A DNA stretch of 63,706 nucleotides, filler included, from Klebsormidium nitens (Eukaryota; Plantae; Klebsormidiophyceae), in the NCBI GenBank assembly GCA_000708835.1. It is 9 parts of 9 records of this genome, joined end to end, with 100 filler letters (N's around TTAATTAATTAA, not from the genome) between each part and the next. Parts side by side here need not be neighbours in the genome. Positions count along the whole stretch, not along the records: positions 19,003 to 24,218 come from DF238444.1; positions 24,319 to 32,034 come from DF238334.1; 7 more parts are not named here. One strand, given 5' to 3'. The position numbers and the translations under genes were made by a program. Below are positions 24,010 through 32,134 of this stretch, piece by piece (positions within the stretch are counted from its first letter, which is position 1; every line of letters starts with the position of its first letter). The notes beneath the pieces were generated by a model. The model was not told the origin of the DNA, searched no databases, and was given only the letters and a program-made list of their open reading frames with translations.

Positions 24010-24318
24010 CGGAAAAAGCCTCGACTGCCGGGCATACGCCGGACGAGAGCCGGCCTAGACCTCAGGTGCCGCCCCTAAATGGGCTCCTGCCGGACCCGCA
24101 TAAGGGCCGGCCGCCCGGCAGTTTGTTGGCCGGCCGGCACTGGTTATGTACGGGTCCAGCAATACTATAGCCCCACACTTGCTGCGGCCGGCCGGCAGTA
24201 GTATTCCTAGGTACTACTNNNNNNNNNNNNNNNNNNNNNNNNNNNNNNNNNNNNNNNNNNNNTTAATTAATTAANNNNNNNNNNNNNNNNNNNNNNNNNN
24301 NNNNNNNNNNNNNNNNNN

Positions 24319-25018
24319 GCACTAGCATGGTACTGGCATGGCACTGACATGGCACATGGCACATGGCAGGAGCACGGCACAAGCATGGCAGGAGCATGGC
24401 AGGAGCATGGCACACGGCACTAGCATGGCAGAAGCATGGCACTAGCATGGCGCATAACACTAGCATGGCGCATGGCAGGAGCATGGCACATGGCACATGG
24501 CACTAGCATGGCACTAGCATGGCGCATGGCATGGCTTTGACATGGCACATGGCACATGGCAGGAACATGGCACTAGCATGGCAGGAGCATGGCACTGACA
24601 TGGCACATGGCAGGAGCATGGCACATGGCACATGGCACTAGCATGGCACTGGCATGGCACATGGCACATGGCACTGGCATGGCACTAGCATGGCAGGAGC
24701 ATGGCACGGCAGGAGCATGGCACTAGCATGGCAGGAGCATGGCAGGAGCATGGCACATGGCACTAGCATGGCAGGAGCATGGCACTAGCATGGCGCATGG
24801 CACTAGCATGGCAGGAGCATGGCACTAGCATGGCGCATGGCACTAGCATGGCGCATGGCAGTAGCATGGCACATGGCAGGAGCATGGCACATGGCACATG
24901 GCACCAGCATGGCACCAGCATGGCACTAGCATGGCTGGAGCATGGCACATGGCACATGGCACATGGCACCAGCATGGCACTAGCATGGCACGTGGCACAT
25001 GGCACATGGCACCAGCAT
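24319..25018. repeat. CATGGCA-based complex satellite (7-11 bp units: catggca, gcatggcagga, gcatggcacta)
   Basis: About 700 bp of shuffled GCATGGCA units, starting at a contig edge. Confidence 0.95.
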
Positions 25019-25290
25019 CCGAAAGTTCGAAAACGGGAAGACACAGGTTACCAAATCCTACGGAATGTATAAGTTCGAAACCGAGTTCGAATGCCAATCA
25101 GGAGGAGAGGGAGGGCATGGCGCTTGCGGATGATCACTTTGGTAGCCTTTCCTAAAAACTGCGAAGACGTTCACCATCCACAGTGCTGCCCAGGTACCTG
25201 GTGCAGCGCATGCTAGCTTGAGGATTTAAGGCACTGTCAGAAGTTTTCAAGGTCGTTGGGGAGTGGAGATTCCAAAACAATGTGCTCAAA

Positions 25291-25484
25291 CCTCCCTTGC
25301 ATTGTTCGATAGTTGTAACAAGCCGCAAGCATCTGTATTCTTATAAAATTCTGATTGTAAGCTGCTTTGAAAACGCTGCTTTAGCTGTTACTACTGTGTC
25401 TTGTGGACCTCCCCTGCATTGTTCAATGGTGTAACAAGGCTCACCCATGCATTGTTCAATAGTGTAACAAGCCGCAAGCATCTG
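25291..25484. repeat. Three imperfect direct repeats of about 30-45 bp (tgcattgttcaatagtgtaacaagccgcaagcatctg)
   Basis: Copies at about 25291-25335, 25408-25438 and 25448-25484. Confidence 0.75.
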
Positions 25485-26794
25485 CATTATTACCATTTGC
25501 TCTCAAATTGTTGTGACCCGAGACCCTAGTAACTCGTGACATTTTATTATAAGGAAGCTCAAACGCTTTGGTGGAGATGGCTAGGGTTCAAGGAGGAGTA
25601 CTGGCGTCCCGGTGAGCATTTGCTAACGCTCTGTTGCAGTTGGCTCGCCATTTGTAATTTCTATGCAGTAGGGTTTGCAACTTTACCATAAAGACAAGCC
25701 ATCCATACAAAAGGTTCTCTCTTCTGATGCAGGCTGATAGAGAAGTATGCATGTCTGTAAAATCGGGAGTCGAGGACATGCCATTTTCAGCAGAGATNNN
25801 NNNNNNNNNNNNNNNNNNNNNNNNNNNNNNNNNNNNNNNNNNNNNNNNNNNNNNNNNNNNNNNNNNNNNNNNNNNNNNNNNNNNNNNNNNNNNNNNNNNN
25901 NNNNNNNNNNNNNNNNNNNNNNNNNNNNNNNNNNNNNNNNNNNNNNNNNNNNNNNNNNNNNNNNNNNNNNNNNNNNNNNNNNNNNNNNNNNNNNNNNNNN
26001 NNNNNNNNNNNNNNNNNNNNNNNNNNNNNNNNNNNNNNNNNNNNNNNNNNNNNNNNNNNNNNNNNNNNNNNNNNNNNNNNNNNNNNNNNNNNNNNNNNNN
26101 NNNNNNNNNNNNNNNNNNNNNNNNNNNNNNNNNNNNNNNNNNNNNNNNNNNNNNNNNNNNNNNNNNNNNNNNNNNNNNNNNNNNNNNNNNNNNNNNNNNN
26201 NNNNNNNNNNNNNNNNNNNNNNNNNNNNNNNNNNNNNNNNNNNNNNNNNNNNNNNNNNNNNNNNNNNNNNNNNNNNNNNNNNNNNNNNNNNNNNNNNNNN
26301 NNNNNNNNNNNNNNNNNNNNNNNNNNNNNNNNNNNNNNNNNNNNNNNNNNNNNNNNNNNNNNNNNNNNNNNNNNNNNNNNNNNNNNNNNNNNNNNNNNNN
26401 NNNNNNNNNNNNNNNNNNNNNNNNNNNNNNNNNNNNNNNNNNNNNNNNNNNNNNNNNNNNNNNNNNNNNNNNNNNNNNNNNNNNNNNNNNNNNNNNNNNN
26501 NNNNNNNNNNNNNNNNNNNNNNNNNNNNNNNNNNNNNNNNNNNNNNNNNNNNNNNNNNNNNNNNNNNNNNNNNNNNNNNNNNNNNNNNNNNNNNNNNNNN
26601 NNNNNNNNNNNNNNNNNNNNNNNNNNNNNNNNNNNNNNNNNNNNNNNNNNNNNNNNNNNNNNNNNNNNNNNNNNNNNNNNNNNNNNNNNNNNNNNNNNNN
26701 NNNNNNNNNNNNNNNNNNNNNNNNNNNNNNNNNNNNNNNNNNNNNNNNNNNNNNNNNNNNNNNNNNNNNNNNNNNNNACACAAGGAAGGGCTCC

Positions 26795-27184
26795 ATGAAT
26801 CACACTGGTCCTAGTGCTGTTGTCCAAGAACACCTGTTTTCAGCGACTGAACAAGTTTACTCGATGGCCAACCTGGGATCAAAGAAGACAGGGCTGCCAA
26901 TGGTAGTCTGGGTGAGCCCCAAAAATGCACCTCACGGACCGCGTCTAAAAGTTTCACAACGCTATGGAGACAAAACCAGGGTAGGGGAGTGGTTCACTAT
27001 GACCCTAGAGGACAAGCCAAGGGTTATAGGGGAACTTGGGCAGATAAGACAGGAGGACGTTGAGCTAGTCGAAGGATTTATTAAAAAGAACAAGTTGCTA
27101 TTGTTAGCATACTGGGATCAGGACGAATATGTAGACACTTCAGACCTCATAGAGGGGCTCCAAAGAGTGGACAGTCAGTTGTAA
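26795..27184 (+). CDS. Small prokaryote/phage-like protein (conserved part likely starts at ATG 26864)
   Basis: MANLGSKKTGLPMVVWVSPKNAPHGPRLKVS...PRVIG...VEGFIKKNKLLLLAYWD resembles a MANL..TGLP..W...HGPRIKV family I recall from phage and bacterial hypothetical proteins. Intronless. Confidence 0.65.
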   Translation: MNHTGPSAVVQEHLFSATEQVYSMANLGSKKTGLPMVVWVSPKNAPHGPRLKVSQRYGDKTRVGEWFTMTLEDKPRVIGELGQIRQEDVELVEGFIKKNKLLLLAYWDQDEYVDTSDLIEGLQRVDSQL

Positions 27185-27797
27185 GGATAGAAAGCGGACA
27201 AGACTGAAATTGGGAAGATGTGATGAGGAGAGATGTGGATATATATCTAGACACTATATGCATCGAAAACCAGCCATACCAGAACAGCCTCATGTGCAGT
27301 ATCCAAGGGCAGCTCGAGATGTTCTTTTTGTGCAGAGGAGAGTCTAGATCTGATAACAGAAGGTCCAGTCACCCCGGTTTCCAAATTATCGTCCAGAGAG
27401 TGTATGTGGAATGTAGAATATGGAAAGGTGAAATTTGGAATGTAGAATGTAGAATCTCTGGATAGAAGCAATCGAAAAGTGCTGGCATGTCGCCCAGTTC
27501 TTCAACGTACCCCATATGGCGTCCAGCACCGCTCAGAGATTGACAAGTTGACGAGCATCTACGACAACAGGCACAATCCAACGATACGTGTCATGAAACC
27601 TAATAAGTACATACAAAGGGCATCGCGCTCCCCTACTTGGTTCCGATTCCGCGACCTTGCCATTGCCATTTCTAATGTCGCTGCATGGTCAGCAGACGCA
27701 CTGTCGCGGCTACTGCTGAGAGTCCGTCCATTAGGAAATTGCAAGTACAGTTAGAAATTACAATTTTTTTCCTGAGTGTATATCAGAACGCACATTC

Positions 27798-28766
27798 ATG
27801 GATCTCGTGGGAGTCAACTATGGCCGTCTTGCGTCCAATCCTCTCCCTCATGACGTAGCCATCCGAAAGATCAAGGATGTCGGTGCAAATGCAATCAAGC
27901 TCTTCGACAGCGACTCCGCTACTCTGGATGCATTGTTGAATTCGGGCCTCGTGGTCATGACTGCGATTCCAAACAGAGAATTGCACAAGTATGCTTACGA
28001 CCCAGCAGCTGCACCGGCATATGTGTCTTTCATCAAGCGATACATCGAAAGAAACGTGCTCATTCAATACGTGGCAGTTGGCAATGAAATCACGGCAAGC
28101 TGGTTCGGGGGTCAATTCGAGCCCCTCATCATGCCTGCTTTGATCAACATACAGAAAGCCTTGGATGCAGGCGGTCTCAGGAACAGGGTCAAGTTGGTGG
28201 TGCCACTCGATCTCTCCATCCTGTCAGTCTCATACCCACCCAGCGCAGGAGAGTTCCGTCCAGAGCTAACTGGTCTCATGAAGGACCTGCTCTACTTCTT
28301 CCGACATAACGGGGGCTGCCCGTTCGTCATCAACATCTACCCTCAGATAACCAAGATCGAGAACCCCGGCATACCGCTCGACTTCGTCCTGCTCGAGGGC
28401 CAGCAGCATGGTTACTGGGACGATGGAAAGTTTTACAAGAACCTGCTGGAGGCGCAATTGGACGCGGTGTATCATGCGATCCGCAAGGTGGGCTACGAAA
28501 CCGATAATCTGATGCTCGGCGAGATCGGCTTTGCGACCGGTGGGGCCGAGGTAGCCACCTTCGAGAACGCCAGACGCTTCCTCCGAAACTTTGTTAATCG
28601 GCGGCGAGACGGGACTCCCTTAATCAGGAAGAGTATCCCCGCCTTCCTCTTTGCCTTCATCGACGAGGACCTGAAGGACACCTGCGGAGGACGTACGGAA
28701 TACGAGAGACATTGGGGGATTCACCACGCGGACGGAAATCCTAAACACGGCATCAGGCTTTGCTGA
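27798..28766 (+). CDS. GH17 endo-beta-1,3-glucanase (plant-type), intronless, no signal peptide, no X8/GPI tail
   Basis: VGVNYG, IKLFD, YVAVGNE (acid/base Glu), PFVINIYP, Y.NLLEAQLDAVY.A, LGEIGFAT (nucleophile Glu), FLFAFIDEDLK, ERHWG. Confidence 0.95.
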   Translation: MDLVGVNYGRLASNPLPHDVAIRKIKDVGANAIKLFDSDSATLDALLNSGLVVMTAIPNRELHKYAYDPAAAPAYVSFIKRYIERNVLIQYVAVGNEITASWFGGQFEPLIMPALINIQKALDAGGLRNRVKLVVPLDLSILSVSYPPSAGEFRPELTGLMKDLLYFFRHNGGCPFVINIYPQITKIENPGIPLDFVLLEGQQHGYWDDGKFYKNLLEAQLDAVYHAIRKVGYETDNLMLGEIGFATGGAEVATFENARRFLRNFVNRRRDGTPLIRKSIPAFLFAFIDEDLKDTCGGRTEYERHWGIHHADGNPKHGIRLC

Positions 28767-28847
28767 TTCGCTGCCATCGTTGCGTCATTCTTCGACTTGG
28801 CTCCTTGAAGGTTGGCTTTTATTTTCCCAGTATATATTAGGCAATAC

Positions 28848-29777
28848 ATGCCTACAAACCCCGTCAGCAATGTAAAGCGTACGAGCTTATTCGCGGTTAC
28901 GTTGCTTGCGATCAGCACTTTTCTCTCAGCTTCGGAAACCGACATCTGCCCTCTGATAAAGAACGAGTATACCGGACGAGCGACCTACTACGGCGATGCC
29001 ACAGACAGTAACGTCGACTCTGGACACTGTGGCTTTCTCGGTCATTATGGAAAAGATGTCGCTGCGGTGTCCGAGGACCTGTGGGCGGACGGTCTCGCAT
29101 GTGGCGCTTGCTTCCAGTTAGAATGTATCAACAGCACTGCATGCCATGCGGGCGTGAAACGTACGGTTACCGTGACCGACAGTTGCATAGGCTGTGGAGG
29201 ATTTACGGACAAGGGCATCGAACCGGGTCAGCATTTCGATCTGAGCCGGACGGCGTTCACAGCCATCGCTGATGAAAGCGCCGGCTTTATCCAGGTGAAG
29301 GCTCGGAGGGTGGCATGCTCGGGTCTCTCGACCTCCGTGTACGTGCGGGGAACCGAATGGTGGTTGGAGGTCCGCTTCATGGGTCTGCCAGGAGAAGCAG
29401 GGAATGCGGAACACGTCACTATCACAGATCCTCAGGGGATAGTGAGGGACCTGGCAAAGAGTTGGGGCGGTGCGTTCGAGACGATCGGACAGAGACTGGA
29501 GGCCCCTCTGTCGTTGACCGTAGTGGATGGATTCAACAGCACGTGGTCGTTCCCAAATGCCATTCCTCGAGGGTGGACGAGCGACCGAGCTTTCGAGACT
29601 CAAACGGAAGCATCGCCGCGCGGGAGAGAGCTCTTTGCTGCAGGTGGGGTGGAGTGTGCGAAAAATGTTGCCTTTCAGGCTTCGGGACCCAGAGGGTCAG
29701 CCGAAAAGGCGATCGCACAAATGCTACAAGAAACCTCTTCTTTTGTATACGGTAGATGCAACTCCACGCATATGTGA
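28848..29777 (+). CDS. Expansin (DPBB/GH45-like domain + CBM63-like domain) with N-terminal hydrophobic segment and C-terminal extension, intronless
   Basis: ATYYG, GHCGF, CGACFQLEC, VTVTDSC, HFDLSRTAF, G.I.V..RRVAC; domain 2 WWLEV, SWGGAF, IPRGW. First ATG at 28848; hydrophobic SLFAVTLLAISTFLSA. Confidence 0.92.
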   Translation: MPTNPVSNVKRTSLFAVTLLAISTFLSASETDICPLIKNEYTGRATYYGDATDSNVDSGHCGFLGHYGKDVAAVSEDLWADGLACGACFQLECINSTACHAGVKRTVTVTDSCIGCGGFTDKGIEPGQHFDLSRTAFTAIADESAGFIQVKARRVACSGLSTSVYVRGTEWWLEVRFMGLPGEAGNAEHVTITDPQGIVRDLAKSWGGAFETIGQRLEAPLSLTVVDGFNSTWSFPNAIPRGWTSDRAFETQTEASPRGRELFAAGGVECAKNVAFQASGPRGSAEKAIAQMLQETSSFVYGRCNSTHM

Positions 29778-30436
29778 AGGCCTTGAAGAGAGGGGGTCGC
29801 TCGGCGGGGCTCTGTGTCTTTAGAAGGGACCCCCTGCGGTCAACGTGTGAAAAGCTGCACGAGACGACTAGAGCCATCATTTCGACTCACGAAAATCTCC
29901 TGCGACAGATCAAACTCCTTGAGAAGGAGACCAGCAAGCTTTTGAAACGAATACGTACTCTCATCCTCAGAGGGAGAGAGCTCGTCGAGCAGCGCGAGGA
30001 CTACAGGGTTCCGGAAGCCGAGAAAGAGAGAGAGATATTGAACGACTTTCGGGAATGCCACATGCCTTATCAAGCCGCACGAAACGCAAAATTCGAATGT
30101 TTGCAGTTGTCGAAAAAGATGTCGACGATATTTCTCGAGGTGGGAAAGCTTAAAGAGGATGTAAGGTACTTGAAGAAGAAAACGATGACAGGATTGCTAA
30201 CACCATTTTGCGAAGATCTATGCAAAGAGAATTCGATGCTTGGAATGATGTCATCGGGTGTCGAACGCATGTTGCAAGACTTTGACGTGCTCAAAAAGTG
30301 CGTAGAAAGTGCCACGTGCAAAGGTAGTTTGGCCAGAGCTCTCCTCACGTTTTCCAACCTCGGCTTCGAAAGAGCGATAGACAGGGTGCAAGAGAGACTG
30401 TATTTCCTTCGGTTGTGGCAGGCCAGCGAGAGCTAG
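29756..30436 (+). CDS. Hypothetical coiled-coil/helical protein
   Basis: 226-aa ORF rich in L/K/E/R heptads (LLRQIKLLEKETSKLLKRIRTL); overlaps the expansin stop by 22 nt. Confidence 0.6.
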   Translation: MQLHAYVKALKRGGRSAGLCVFRRDPLRSTCEKLHETTRAIISTHENLLRQIKLLEKETSKLLKRIRTLILRGRELVEQREDYRVPEAEKEREILNDFRECHMPYQAARNAKFECLQLSKKMSTIFLEVGKLKEDVRYLKKKTMTGLLTPFCEDLCKENSMLGMMSSGVERMLQDFDVLKKCVESATCKGSLARALLTFSNLGFERAIDRVQERLYFLRLWQASES

Positions 30437-30461
30437 TTTTTTTCTCCACAAACTGGTAAAG

Positions 30462-30794
30462 ATGGACGGCAGTTTTGCTTTGGGCTCTACGGGTGTCGAT
30501 GCGACGGGTGCTCCTCTTATAGTATCATCAGCTACGTCTCCTCCCAAGAAGCCCGTGAACAAGGGGCTCCTGGTGGTTAGCCTCATCGTCTGGGTTATAG
30601 GAGGTTTATATGCTGGTTACCTGTCGTGGAGATGCAACAGCAATCATGGGTTTAACACTTTTGTAAAGGTAGTGTCCGCACTCTTCTCCTTCCTAGGCAG
30701 TTGGAGCTACTGCCTCACCTACCTACTCTACAAGTCTTGGACGTGCGATCCGAAAGCCAGCATGTCGAGGCTGGACATCACTGGACACGCTTGA
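30462..30794 (+). CDS. Small two-TM membrane protein resembling nucleocytovirus small membrane proteins
   Basis: LLVVSLIVWVIGGLYAGYLSWRCN...VKVVSALFSFLGSWSYCLTYLLY. The AxYLSWxCN plus second-helix pattern is one I recall from giant-virus hypothetical proteins. Confidence 0.75.
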   Translation: MDGSFALGSTGVDATGAPLIVSSATSPPKKPVNKGLLVVSLIVWVIGGLYAGYLSWRCNSNHGFNTFVKVVSALFSFLGSWSYCLTYLLYKSWTCDPKASMSRLDITGHA

Positions 30795-30797
30795 TTC

Positions 30798-30814
30798 TCG
30801 GACGGACCGTCCGA
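30798..30814 (+). terminator. Palindrome immediately after the stop codon (possible viral 3'-end hairpin)
   Basis: tcggacgg-a-ccgtccga starts 4 nt after the TGA of 30462-30794 and is followed by aattttt. Confidence 0.35.
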
Positions 30815-30867
30815 AATTTTTCGTCTACTTAGGAGAGGGTTGCTTTCTCACGATCGTCATTCCAACG

Positions 30868-31998
30868 ATGGCGCCCAAGAAGAGCAGCGACTACGTCGTC
30901 CTCAGTCACACCGAGCACGTGCGTCTGAGACCGGACACATACTTGGGCCGGACCACTCCGGAGACGGCCACGCTCTATGTAGCGGACGGCCCCAGCAGCA
31001 TAAGGCTGCGTTCGGTGTCTGACTTCGTGCCCGGGCTCTACAAGATATTCGACGAGGTGCTGGTCAACTGCATCGACCAGTCCAAGGTAGACGACAGTCT
31101 CACCAAGATCAAGGTTTCCATAGACCAGGAAGCAGGAAAGGTTACTGTGTACAACGATGGAAGAGGCATTCCGGTAGAGAAGCATCCGAGCATGACGGAC
31201 TGCTTCACTCCCGAAGTGATATTTGGAGTCCTGCTGCCCGGTTCCAATTATGACGACAGCGTGGAGCGGGTGGTGGGTGGGCGCAACGGTCTGGGGGTCA
31301 AGCTCACGAATATCTTCTCCACACTGTTCGAATTGGAAGTGGTGGACTCGGAGAGGAGCCTAAAACTCACGCAAAAGTGGAACAAGATGCAGAGGAAAGG
31401 AGAACCAAAGGTGACCCGTCTGAGAGAGAATCACAAGACTGCGAGCTACGTGAAGGTGGCATTCGTCCCGGATTTGTCCTATTTCGGAGTGGAGAGGCTG
31501 AGCGATGCACTGGTGGCTTTCTTCCACAAGCGAGTTCTGGACGCCGCTGCTTGTACGCCCGAGAGGGTCGGCGTGTATCTGGACGGCAAGAAGGTCGGGG
31601 TGAAGTCCTTCAACGACTACGTTTCCATGTACATAGGAAGACCGTCCGAGTCTCCTCGTGTGGAGATCGATGCGGGACCTCGTTGGAAGGTCGTCCTGGC
31701 GAGAGCTCCAACGACGGAGGATGCAGAAGAGTATCGCAGCGGCGACCTGCAAGTATCCTTCGTCAATGGGGTGCTGACGGCTGGGGGAGGGACGCACGTG
31801 GAGCACGTGATGAGCCTCTTCTTGAAACAGGCACTCTCCCTCTTGGATGCCAAGGCAGGCAGTGGAGTGGCGGGCGCCCTCAGGAGTGCGCTTCTCCTCT
31901 TCGTAGACGCTACCCTGGTCAATCCGACCTTCGACAGCCAGACTAAAGTGAGGCGGCGTGCGGCAGGATCTCTTCTTCCTCCGACCCGAGCACTCTAG
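30868..31998 (+). CDS. TOP2: Type IIA DNA topoisomerase, N-terminal ATPase/transducer part, intronless over 1.08 kb; truncated
   Basis: EHVRLRPDTYLG, GLYKIFDEVLVN, NDGRGIPV..H, SNYDD, GGRNGLGVKLTNIFS, QVSFVNGVLT..GGTHV, NPTFDSQTK. Very short N-terminus; similarity stops after 31947. Confidence 0.92.
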   Translation: MAPKKSSDYVVLSHTEHVRLRPDTYLGRTTPETATLYVADGPSSIRLRSVSDFVPGLYKIFDEVLVNCIDQSKVDDSLTKIKVSIDQEAGKVTVYNDGRGIPVEKHPSMTDCFTPEVIFGVLLPGSNYDDSVERVVGGRNGLGVKLTNIFSTLFELEVVDSERSLKLTQKWNKMQRKGEPKVTRLRENHKTASYVKVAFVPDLSYFGVERLSDALVAFFHKRVLDAAACTPERVGVYLDGKKVGVKSFNDYVSMYIGRPSESPRVEIDAGPRWKVVLARAPTTEDAEEYRSGDLQVSFVNGVLTAGGGTHVEHVMSLFLKQALSLLDAKAGSGVAGALRSALLLFVDATLVNPTFDSQTKVRRRAAGSLLPPTRAL

Positions 31999-32134
31999 TC
32001 TGCCTTAGTACGTCGCAACGCGGGACGGTCATGANNNNNNNNNNNNNNNNNNNNNNNNNNNNNNNNNNNNNNNNNNNNTTAATTAATTAANNNNNNNNNN
32101 NNNNNNNNNNNNNNNNNNNNNNNNNNNNNNNNNN

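Larger units (their letters stand above)
26778..32034 (+). mobile_element. Candidate endogenous giant-virus (nucleocytovirus-like) segment
   Basis: Six co-oriented intronless ORFs, the last five with spacing of 81, -22, 25 and 73 nt. They include a viral-style TOP2 and an AxYLSWxCN membrane protein, in a genome whose native genes here are intron-rich. Confidence 0.65.

Noticed and set aside
24763-25155. ORFs such as MAHGTSMAHG... and CHVPCAM...
   Set aside because: Translations of the CATG satellite.
25291-25484. Possible CRISPR-like array (also 36059-36115 and 21000-21300)
   Set aside because: Too few units, imperfect repeats, irregular or absent spacers, no cas genes, eukaryotic context.
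25588-27184. Long ORFs of 350-485 aa across 25798-26777
   Set aside because: They run through a 980-nt N gap; only 26795-27184 is supportable.
31360-31946. Alternative-frame and antisense ORFs over TOP2 (likewise over GH17, expansin, KDZ and GIL1-like genes)
   Set aside because: Shadows of GC-rich true coding sequence.
19003-32034. Treating the primase-helicase contig and the TOP2/expansin contig as one viral insertion
   Set aside because: An artificial spacer at about 24219-24318 separates them; linkage is unproven.
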